Positions 55,402-64,000 of a stretch of DNA of 64,000 nt are shown here, piece after piece. This DNA comes from Candidatus Dormiibacterota bacterium (GTDB lineage: Bacteria; Chloroflexota; Dormibacteria; Aeolococcales; Aeolococcaceae). Within the stretch, counting starts at the first letter, position 1. The number at the start of each line of letters is the position of its first letter. The translations under genes and the position numbers were made by a program. The stretch lies in assembly GCA_003162415.1 (NCBI GenBank), contig PMOL01000011.1, positions 408,853-472,852 on the forward strand. Reading direction: 5' to 3'. Below the pieces are notes generated by a model, which did not search any database, was not told the origin of the DNA, and saw only the letters and a list, made by a program, of their open reading frames with translations.

Positions 55402-56021
55402 AGCCGTTTCGCCGCGAGGACGGCGTGCTCATCCCGCTCGACCGGTCCGATGTCGACACCGACCAGATCATCCCCAAGCAATTCCTCAAGCGCATCGAGC
55501 GGACCGGGTACGGCGAGTACCTCTTCAACGACTGGCGTCGCGACCCGTCGGGAGCCGAGCGACCCGATTTCGTCCTCAACCAGGACGAGTACGCAGCCGG
55601 AACCGTCATGGTGACGGGGCGAAACTTCGGGTGCGGCTCGTCGCGTGAGCATGCCGTGTGGGCCCTCGCCGACTACGGGATCCGCGCGGTCATCTCGGAG
55701 TCGTTCGCGGACATTTACCGGTCCAACGCGCTGGGCAGCGGATTGCTGCCGGTGAAGTTGCCGGACTACCAGGTTCGCGCCCTGATGGACCTCGCCATCG
55801 AGCAACCCGGGATCAGGGTCGCGGTCGACCTCGAAGCGCAGACAGTGACCTGCGGCGACCTGCGTTTCGCGTTCACCATGGACCCGTTCGAGCGCCGCCG
55901 GTTGCTCGAGGGCCTCGACGACATCGGGTTGACGCTCGAGCACGAAGCCGAGATCACCGACTTCGAGGCGCGACGGCCCGCATGGATGCCGGACCTGGCA
56001 CGCGCGGGAGCGGGCTCGTGA
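55398..56021 (+). CDS. leuD: 3-isopropylmalate dehydratase small subunit
   Basis: [35 protein letters not shown]; GTGA overlap with leuC. Confidence 0.96.
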   Translation: MKPFRREDGVLIPLDRSDVDTDQIIPKQFLKRIERTGYGEYLFNDWRRDPSGAERPDFVLNQDEYAAGTVMVTGRNFGCGSSREHAVWALADYGIRAVISESFADIYRSNALGSGLLPVKLPDYQVRALMDLAIEQPGIRVAVDLEAQTVTCGDLRFAFTMDPFERRRLLEGLDDIGLTLEHEAEITDFEARRPAWMPDLARAGAGS

Positions 56022-57112
56022 AGGCAAACGTGGTCGTCCTCCCCGGAGACGGGGTTGGGCCCGAGGTCGTGAACGCCGCCCTGAGCGTGCTCGCCACCGT
56101 GTGCGACGCGGCAGACGCGCGCGTGAGCATCGACGTCCACCTGATCGGCGGGCGCGCGATCGACGAGTTCGGGATGCCCCTGCCCGAGGAGACCCTCGAG
56201 GCGTGCAAAGCTGCCGACGCCATCCTGCTCGGCGCCGTCGGTGGACCCGCGTGGGATCACCTGCGCGGGGAGCAGCGCTGCGAAGCCGGGCTGCTGCGAC
56301 TGCGCCGTGAGCTGGACGTGTTCGCCAACCTCCGTCCCGTCAAGGTGCATCCGCATCTCGCCGACCGCACGACGCTGCGCACCGAGGTCATCCGTGGGAC
56401 CGACCTCGTGATCGTGCGCGAGCTCACCGGCGGTGCCTACTTCGGGCAGCCCCGTGGGCGGACCGGCAGCGGACCGGACGAGATCGCCCGCGACAGCATC
56501 GTGTACAGCGCTTCGGAGATCGAGCGGGTCGCGCGGGTCGCGTTCAAACTCGCGCAGTCGCGGCGCGGGGAGCTCATCTCGATCGACAAGGCAAACGTGC
56601 TGATCACCAGCCAGCTCTGGCGTGAGGTCGTGAGCGGGCTGGCCGCCGACTACCCCGATGTCACGCTGACCCACGAGCTCGTCGACTCGTTCGCGATGCG
56701 CCTGGTGCGCGAGCCTGCAACCGTCGACGTCGTGGTCGCCGAGAACCTGTTCGGCGACATCCTCAGCGACGAGGCCGCAGTCCTCGCCGGTTCGCTCGGC
56801 CTGCTGCCGTCGGCGAGCCTTGGCGCCACCGACCAGGGGTTGTACGAACCGATTCACGGGAGCGCGCCGAGCCTCGCGGGGCGTGGGATCGCAAACCCCT
56901 ACGGCACCATCCTCTCGGTCGCGATGCTGCTCCGCCACTCGCTCCACCGCAGCGATCTTGCGGCTGCGATCGAATCCGCCGTCGATGTCTGCATCACCGA
57001 GGACGTGCTCACCTCCGACCTGGGCGGGACCGCGAGCACGGACGCCGTCGCCGGCGCGGTGGCACGCGAGGCGTTGCGCCACCTCGGCGTGCACAGCGGA
57101 GCAGCCTCGTGA
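56018..57112 (+). CDS. leuB: 3-isopropylmalate dehydrogenase
   Basis: LPGDGVGPEV, LGAVGGP, NLRP, RELTGGAYFG, DKANVL, ENLFGDILSDEA, YEPIHGSAP. Confidence 0.96.
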   Translation: MKANVVVLPGDGVGPEVVNAALSVLATVCDAADARVSIDVHLIGGRAIDEFGMPLPEETLEACKAADAILLGAVGGPAWDHLRGEQRCEAGLLRLRRELDVFANLRPVKVHPHLADRTTLRTEVIRGTDLVIVRELTGGAYFGQPRGRTGSGPDEIARDSIVYSASEIERVARVAFKLAQSRRGELISIDKANVLITSQLWREVVSGLAADYPDVTLTHELVDSFAMRLVREPATVDVVVAENLFGDILSDEAAVLAGSLGLLPSASLGATDQGLYEPIHGSAPSLAGRGIANPYGTILSVAMLLRHSLHRSDLAAAIESAVDVCITEDVLTSDLGGTASTDAVAGAVAREALRHLGVHSGAAS

Positions 57113-58704
57113 CCATTGAGATCTACGACACGACGCTGCGCGACGGTGCGCAGGGGGTCGGCATCAATTTCTCCGTGTCGGACAAGTTGCGAATCGCCGA
57201 GCATCTCGACACGCTCGGCGTGACCTTCATCGAAGGCGGTTGGCCCGGTGCCAATCCGACCGACACCGAGTTCTTCTCGGCGATGCAGACCCACCCGCTG
57301 CGCAACGCCACCCTGGCCGCATTCGGGGCCACCCGGCGGCCCGGCATGCAAGCGCAGGACGATCTGCAACTGCGCACGCTGCTCGACTCGATGGCACCGA
57401 TGATCACGCTGGTCGGCAAGGCGTGGGATCGCCAGGTCGTCGACGTGCTGCGAACCACGACCGACGAGAACCTCGCCATGATCGGCGACTCGGTTCGCTT
57501 GTTCGTCGACCATGGCCGGCGCGTGGTGTATGACGCCGAGCACTTCTTCGACGGGTACGAGAGCGATGCGGACTACGCGCTGCGCTGTCTCGACGCGGCC
57601 ATCAGCGCCGGTGCCGAGCGAATCACGCTCTGTGACACCAACGGCGGAACGCTTCCCGACCGAGTGGAGACCGTGGTCCGCGAGATCACCGCTCGATTCG
57701 GCCGCGTCGCGGGCATTCATTGCCACGACGACTCCGGGTGTGCGGTGGCGGCCACCCTCGCCGCAGTCCGGGCGGGTGCCGTCCAGGTGCAGGGATGCAT
57801 CAACGGCTACGGCGAGCGCACCGGCAACGCGAACCTCTGCACGCTCATCCCCAACCTGCAGCTCAAGATGGGCGTCCAGGTCATCGATGCGGCGCAGCTT
57901 GCACGTTTGACTGAGGTCGCACGCGACGTCGCGGAGATCGCCAACATCGCCCCTCCCCTCTCGGCACCCTACATCGGGCTGGCAGCGTTCACGCACAAGG
58001 GCGGACAGCACATCGACGCGATGAGCAAAGCCTCGTACGCGTACCAGCACATCGACCCCGCGCGCGTGGGCAACGAGCGCCACTCGGTGATCACCCAGCA
58101 GTCCGGGCGCGGCACCGTCCTCGAGAAGGCCGCGGCATTCGGTGTCGACCTCACCCAGGACCGCGCTCTTGCGCGACGCGTCGCCGACCAGGTGAAGGAG
58201 CTTGAATTCAGCGGGCACTCGTTCGAGGGCGCCGAGGCGTCATTCGAGCTGCTCGTCCATCGAGCGCGCGGCAATCCCGCCCCGTTCACGCTCATCGACT
58301 ACATCGCGCTCGTCGAGCAGCGCGAGGGACGTCAGCTCGTCTGCGAGGCGACCATCAAGATGCAGGTCGGCGATGAGTTGGTGCACACCGCTGCCGAGGG
58401 CAACGGACCGGTCAACGCGCTCGACGCCGCATTGCGCAAGGCGCTCACGCCGAGCTTTCCCGAGATCGGCGCGACGCAGCTGTTCGACTACAAGGTGCGC
58501 GTGCTCGACGGGCGCGACGGCACCGCAGCCGGCGTCCGCGTCCTCGTCGAGAGCGGCGACCACCACCGGCGCTGGAGCACGGTGGGTTGCAGCACCAACA
58601 TCATCGAGGCGTCGTGGAGCGCGCTCGCCGACGCTTTCGAGTACGCGATCATCGCGACCCGCGAGCGCTCAAGCCTTGCGGGCGAGCACCTGGAGGTAGT
58701 CTGA
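57109..58704 (+). CDS. cimA: Citramalate synthase (CimA-type LeuA paralog)
   Basis: YDTTLRDGAQG, IEGGWPGANP, YDAEHFFDGY, LCDTNGG, HCHDDSG, HKGGQH; these differ from LeuA in the way CimA does. Confidence 0.85.
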   Translation: MTIEIYDTTLRDGAQGVGINFSVSDKLRIAEHLDTLGVTFIEGGWPGANPTDTEFFSAMQTHPLRNATLAAFGATRRPGMQAQDDLQLRTLLDSMAPMITLVGKAWDRQVVDVLRTTTDENLAMIGDSVRLFVDHGRRVVYDAEHFFDGYESDADYALRCLDAAISAGAERITLCDTNGGTLPDRVETVVREITARFGRVAGIHCHDDSGCAVAATLAAVRAGAVQVQGCINGYGERTGNANLCTLIPNLQLKMGVQVIDAAQLARLTEVARDVAEIANIAPPLSAPYIGLAAFTHKGGQHIDAMSKASYAYQHIDPARVGNERHSVITQQSGRGTVLEKAAAFGVDLTQDRALARRVADQVKELEFSGHSFEGAEASFELLVHRARGNPAPFTLIDYIALVEQREGRQLVCEATIKMQVGDELVHTAAEGNGPVNALDAALRKALTPSFPEIGATQLFDYKVRVLDGRDGTAAGVRVLVESGDHHRRWSTVGCSTNIIEASWSALADAFEYAIIATRERSSLAGEHLEVV

Positions 58705-59475
58705 CTCCAGCGTCAGACCGCCGCCGGAAACCTGGTTGAGCTCGGCCATCAGCTTCTTGCAGTCCTCGGCGATCGATGCCGCCTGTTCGGCATCGACCAT
58801 GCTCAGCATCGCCCGCAGCGGCGGATTGGCGCGCTCCCAGAATTCCCACCCCGCATCCAGCGACTCGAACTCGAAGGTGAGTGCCTGCGGGTAGATCTCA
58901 ATCGACGAGGTGAGTCCCTTGAAACGGCGGTGCACCTCGTCGGTGACTCCCCATTCGAACGGGGAGTGCATTCCCGGTGGTGGTGCCGGACCGCGCTCCG
59001 CCAGCATCGCCGTGAACCGGCCGAGGAACCCCTTCGGCCCGTAGTTGGCCATCGCGACCAGGCCGCCGCGCTTGGTGACCCGGAAGAGCTCGCTCGCAAC
59101 CCGCTCCGGGTCCGGTGCGAACATCGCGCCAAAGACCGAGGCCACGACATCGAAGCGCTCGTCGGGAAAAGGGAGCTGCTCGGCATCGGCTTCGCGCCAC
59201 TCGATGGCAAGGCCCAGAGCGCCGGTCCGCGCGCGGCCGAGCTCCACCATCGACGGCGTCAGGTCGGTGGCCACCACGGTCGCCCCGAGGCCGGCGGCCG
59301 CAATAGCGAAGTTCCCGTTGCCGGCTGCGACGTCGAGGACCTCCGAGCCCGCCTGGAGGCGGCTCCGCTGGGCCAGCTCGATCGCATGGGGCTCGAGGTG
59401 ACTTGCGATCGCGCCGTAGTCTCCGAGCGACCACATCCATCGGATCGCGTCCTTCATGTTCGCGTTGTCCGCCAC
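58669..59475 (-). CDS. Class I SAM-dependent methyltransferase
   Basis: WSLGDY, VLDVAAGNGN, EADAEQLPFPDERFDVVASVFGAMFAPD; convergent 36-nt overlap with the cimA 3' end. Confidence 0.88.
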   Translation of the reverse strand: MADNANMKDAIRWMWSLGDYGAIASHLEPHAIELAQRSRLQAGSEVLDVAAGNGNFAIAAAGLGATVVATDLTPSMVELGRARTGALGLAIEWREADAEQLPFPDERFDVVASVFGAMFAPDPERVASELFRVTKRGGLVAMANYGPKGFLGRFTAMLAERGPAPPPGMHSPFEWGVTDEVHRRFKGLTSSIEIYPQALTFEFESLDAGWEFWERANPPLRAMLSMVDAEQAASIAEDCKKLMAELNQVSGGGLTLESDYLQVLARKA

Positions 59476-59486
59476 GAGAGAACCTC

Positions 59487-61106
59487 CTATGCGGCGACAT
59501 CCCGCCGCGCCAGCACGACGCCGGCGGATCCGAACCCCACAACCACGATCGCCAGCATGGCGATCAGCCCACCGACGAACACGGGCGTGATCAGGGGCGT
59601 GCCATACAGCTGAAACACTGACAGGTTGTCAGCCCATGCCGGCCATTTGAAGAGCGGCCCGAGCTCGAAGACGAAATACGAGATCGCCGTGATGGTCGAG
59701 AGCACCACCACCGCGGCTAGCGGTCGCCAGCCGGCGAGCAGCGCGCCGACCGCCGCGAAGGTGAGTCCGAAGGGGATGAGCAGCGCCGTCGCGGTGAGCA
59801 GCCGTCCCACGTCGAGGGGGATTGCCTCGGCAGGCGCCAGCGCAAGGATCACGGCCATGGCCACGAACGACATGACTGTCACGATCACGGTGAGCTCGGC
59901 GGCTCGCTCGCCGAGCACACCCCATCGCGGGATTGGCTCGGCGAGCTGCATCTCGAGCACGCCCGACGAGTCCTCGTTGGACCAGCGGGACACGAACGTG
60001 ATCGCGAAGATGGCCACGAGCGCCTGCGCGAAGCTGAGCCAGATCAACGCGAGCAGCACGGTGTGCACGCTCCCGGGCAGGCCACGCAGGTACGGACTCA
60101 GGCTCGGCGTCGAGGCGAAGAATGTTGCGGTGACGTTGACCAGGAGCACGACCGCTGCTGCCGCGACCGCCATGCCGGCGGTCCAGCCGAGCGCGCCGAT
60201 ACGGTGGATCCACAGTCCGCGTGCCACAGGAGTGCGCAGCAACGGATTCGACGACGGAACGTGAACGTCGGGTGCACGCCGGCGGCGCGTGCGGATGAGT
60301 CCGGCGCCGATGTCGCGCCGGACGAATGCCACCGACGCGACCACGGTCGCGGCGGCGGCCACGACGAACAGCGCGAGGGTTGCCGCGAGGTCGAAGGTGC
60401 CGCGCGGGGCAATGGCGTTGGACTGGTTGAACAGGTGGAAGACGGAGATGTCGGTGACCGGCGCTCGCTGAATGCTCGACCTGCCGATGCTGTCGAGGAG
60501 AAACATGAGCACGCCCACCAGGCTCGCGGCTGCCACCGCCGAGCGGAAGTCGGCCGCGAGCTGCGCAACCAGCAGCCCGATCCCGAACGATGCGAGGGTC
60601 AGGCCCCAGAGGGCCGCGCTCTCGCCAACCAGACCTGATACCTCGGCCGGGGTCCCGGCGATCACGCATCCCACCCAGCCCGCCGCGCCGGCCAGAAACA
60701 CGATCTCCGCACTCAGAATCGCGAAGAACACGCTCCGGCTGACGAGGAGCCGCAGGCGTGAGATCCCCGTCGCCAGCAACGACGCGACCAGGTCGTGGTC
60801 CTCGTCACGGCGCACCGCACCGCACGCGCTGATGAGACCCCAGGCGGCGAAGACGATGGCCAGGAAACCGTAGCCGCGCCATTGCAGATACCCCGCCGCG
60901 GTGTCTGCTCCCATCGGGAGCGGGAGGAGCCAGCTGAACGTGGCACCGAGCACGGTGATGGAATGCCCGAACGCCTCCTGCGACGCGCGAGTTTTCCCTG
61001 CGATGAGCGGAAACGCCGCGCTGTTGACGAGCACGTAGAAGATGCCGACATAGGCCATGGCGACCAGGCCGATGCGATGGAGGCGCAGCAGCAGGCGGGG
61101 AGGCAT
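59487..61106 (-). CDS. ABC-2 type exporter permease (duplicated membrane domain)
   Basis: Two repeats of about six TM helices; TGATG overlap with the ATPase stop. Confidence 0.82.
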   Translation of the reverse strand: MPPRLLLRLHRIGLVAMAYVGIFYVLVNSAAFPLIAGKTRASQEAFGHSITVLGATFSWLLPLPMGADTAAGYLQWRGYGFLAIVFAAWGLISACGAVRRDEDHDLVASLLATGISRLRLLVSRSVFFAILSAEIVFLAGAAGWVGCVIAGTPAEVSGLVGESAALWGLTLASFGIGLLVAQLAADFRSAVAAASLVGVLMFLLDSIGRSSIQRAPVTDISVFHLFNQSNAIAPRGTFDLAATLALFVVAAAATVVASVAFVRRDIGAGLIRTRRRRAPDVHVPSSNPLLRTPVARGLWIHRIGALGWTAGMAVAAAAVVLLVNVTATFFASTPSLSPYLRGLPGSVHTVLLALIWLSFAQALVAIFAITFVSRWSNEDSSGVLEMQLAEPIPRWGVLGERAAELTVIVTVMSFVAMAVILALAPAEAIPLDVGRLLTATALLIPFGLTFAAVGALLAGWRPLAAVVVLSTITAISYFVFELGPLFKWPAWADNLSVFQLYGTPLITPVFVGGLIAMLAIVVVGFGSAGVVLARRDVAA

Positions 61107-61990
61107 CACTTGCTGTAATAGCTGAGGAAGATCGACTCGAGGCTGGGTTCGCGGCTGATCATGTCGGCCACGGGGTGACCGCTGATCGCCGCGAGCAGAC
61201 CGTCGAACCCGCCGTGCACGGTGCACGTGAGCCGCCGTGCGTCCACCGCGACGTCTTCGACGCCCGCAGCGGCGCGAACCGCACCCTCCGGGACGTCGCC
61301 GCTGAAATCGATGACCACCTCGTGATACCGCAGCTCGTGCACCTTGTCCATGGTCATGTCGGAGACAAGGCGGCCGTCGCGAATGATCCCGACTCGCGAG
61401 CACGTCTCCTCGACCTCTGACAGCACATGCGATGACAGGAACACGGTGGCTCCGGCTGCGCTCACCTCGCCGACCATGTGATGGAACGTCTGCTGGTTGA
61501 GCGGATCGAGACCACTGGTTGGTTCATCGAGAATGAGCAGGCGGGGACGGTGCATGAACGCGAGCACCAGCCCCAGCTTCTGCTTGTTACCGCGCGAATA
61601 CTCGCGGAAGCGCCGCCCGAGGTCGAGCTCCAGGCGCTCGGCGATCTCGGTGACGCGCGCCCTGTCGATCGCTCCGCGCATGCCGCCGAGGTACGCGACG
61701 ACCTCGCTCCCACGCATGCCGCCGAACTGCGGCAGCTCACCGGGCAGGTAACCGACTTCGCGTTTCACCGCAACGGAATCGCGGTCGCAGTCGAGCCCGA
61801 AAACCGTCGCCGTCCCCGCCGACGCGTGGATGAGTCCCATAAGGAGCCGGATCGTGGTCGTCTTGCCCGCGCCGTTGGGTCCGAGAAAGCCGAACACCTC
61901 GCCTTCGGCGACTTCGAGGTCGAGGTCGAAGAGCCCATGCCCCGACCCGTAGTCCTTGCTGAGTCTGTGCATGACGATCGCGCTGGTCAT
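61106..61990 (-). CDS. ABC transporter ATP-binding protein
   Basis: GPNGAGKTT, YSRGNKQKL signature, LILDEPTSGLD, FLSSH. Confidence 0.95.
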   Translation of the reverse strand: MTSAIVMHRLSKDYGSGHGLFDLDLEVAEGEVFGFLGPNGAGKTTTIRLLMGLIHASAGTATVFGLDCDRDSVAVKREVGYLPGELPQFGGMRGSEVVAYLGGMRGAIDRARVTEIAERLELDLGRRFREYSRGNKQKLGLVLAFMHRPRLLILDEPTSGLDPLNQQTFHHMVGEVSAAGATVFLSSHVLSEVEETCSRVGIIRDGRLVSDMTMDKVHELRYHEVVIDFSGDVPEGAVRAAAGVEDVAVDARRLTCTVHGGFDGLLAAISGHPVADMISREPSLESIFLSYYSK

Positions 61991-62039
61991 TTGTCCCTCC
62001 GCTTCTCCAGGCGCCGTATCAGGAGGGGGTACTGATTGA

Positions 62040-63200
<1,161 letters not shown>

Positions 63201-63207
63201 TCCCGGC

Positions 63208-63687
63208 TCAGCGAGCACCAACCGGCATGCGGGCGGGGCGTTCGAGGTTGCGTGACACCCTGACGAGGAACGATCGGATGCTCCCTTCGGCGACCCGGTG
63301 GAGCAGCAGGACATCGGCGTGTCGCCCCACGAATCCCAGCGGCGGATCGTAGCTGCCCATCAGGGTGATCTGGCAGGCGTTCGACCCCAGTGGTGCGAAC
63401 TCGAGATCACCGTCGAGGTGCGGGAAGAAGCGGGTCGCGCCCGGCGCCCACCAGTGCATCGGGACGACGAGACGGTCGTCGCGCTCGTATGGGTCGGCCA
63501 GGTCGACTTCGATCGTCTTGCCGAGGCGTGGCATGCCCTGGAGCGGGGTCAGGCGAAGCGACAGCCGCTCGCCCTGACGGTACGCGGCTCCAGCGCTCGC
63601 CTCGATCAGCCGGCGGGGGTCTGCGCGCACTTGCGCCCTGACCTCGTCGTAGTCACGGTCGATCTGAACGAAATCCTGAATGAGCAT
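63208..63687 (-). CDS. Conserved hypothetical protein (START/SRPBCC-like fold suspected)
   Basis: FPHLDGDLEFAP...ITLMGSYDPPLGFVGRHADVLLLHRVAEGSIRSFL. Confidence 0.6.
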   Translation of the reverse strand: MLIQDFVQIDRDYDEVRAQVRADPRRLIEASAGAAYRQGERLSLRLTPLQGMPRLGKTIEVDLADPYERDDRLVVPMHWWAPGATRFFPHLDGDLEFAPLGSNACQITLMGSYDPPLGFVGRHADVLLLHRVAEGSIRSFLVRVSRNLERPARMPVGAR

Positions 63688-63748
63688 GTCACCAGCCAGC
63701 ATCGGATGATCGCCCGGCGGCGAACAGAGCATCTGGGCTTTGATCCGT

Positions 63749-63762
63749 GTGACCAAAGGCCC
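63749..63762. promoter_or_regulatory. Candidate DosR/DevR-like binding box
   Basis: GTGACCAAAGGCCC versus the core GGGACTWWAGTCCC (3 mismatches), between divergent genes and just upstream of TACACT 63766-63771. Confidence 0.42.
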
Positions 63763-63777
63763 GCCTACACTGGGACG

Positions 63778-64000
63778 ATGCCCGCCACCCGCGTTCGCGT
63801 CCTGCTCTGCGACGACCACGAGCTGGTGCGCCGCGGACTTCGCTCGCTGCTCGAAACCGACCTCACCGTCGAGGTGATCGGCGAGGCGAGCTCCGCTGAC
63901 GAGGCGGTGACGACGTCTGCCGAGACCGCACCCGACGTGGTGGTGATGGACGTGCGCATGCCGGGGCGCTCCGGCGTGGAGGCCTGCCGGGACATCCGAG
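63778..64000 (+). CDS. NarL/DosR-family response regulator, truncated by the window end (absent from the ORF track)
   Basis: My translation MPATRVRVLLCDDHELVRRGLRSLLETDLTVEVIGEASSADEAVTTSAETAPDVVVMDVRMPGRSGVEACRDIR... Confidence 0.92.
   Translation, partial: MPATRVRVLLCDDHELVRRGLRSLLETDLTVEVIGEASSADEAVTTSAETAPDVVVMDVRMPGRSGVEACRDIR

Overview
High-GC bacterial chromosomal segment with mostly housekeeping genes and a central accessory stretch. The gene set (recO-glyS-ppdK-dnaG-rpoD synteny, homodimeric GlyRS, widespread -10 boxes just before start codons) suggests a soil Terrabacterium such as Ca. Dormibacterota or a Chloroflexota/Actinomycetota relative; this assignment is inference only. Left part (1-23.8 kb): DUF3501 fragment, DUF4395 plus thioredoxin, acyl-CoA dehydrogenase, radC, an orphan ParA with a small membrane partner, tRNA-Asn, rpoD, dnaG, ppdK, a GAF-kinase/NarL-regulator/SDR/QueA-like cassette, glyS, recO, a CNNM/hemolysin-family gene, prs, glmU and tRNA-Gln. 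Middle (23.9-46.8 kb): accessory genes including a GT-C-like membrane protein, a stand-alone LigD polymerase, an ECF sigma with a BNR-propeller partner, a head-to-head pair of gene remnants, an ECF42/YciI module with a palindromic bidirectional promoter, VOC/DinB/MDMPI genes, malic enzyme, MarR-MFS and a 12-residue-repeat, Cys-ladder protein. Right (46.8-64 kb): ilvD divergent from ilvB-ilvN-ilvC-leuA-leuC-leuD-leuB-cimA, which is preceded by a leader-peptide attenuator and a translationally coupled small ORF, then an ABC exporter and a DosS/DosR-like two-component locus cut by the window end. No CRISPR array, rRNA, integrase or transposase was seen. Best leads: the QueA-like cassette, the bidirectional ECF42 promoter, the repeat solenoid protein, the attenuator with its coupling ORF, and the orphan ParA module.
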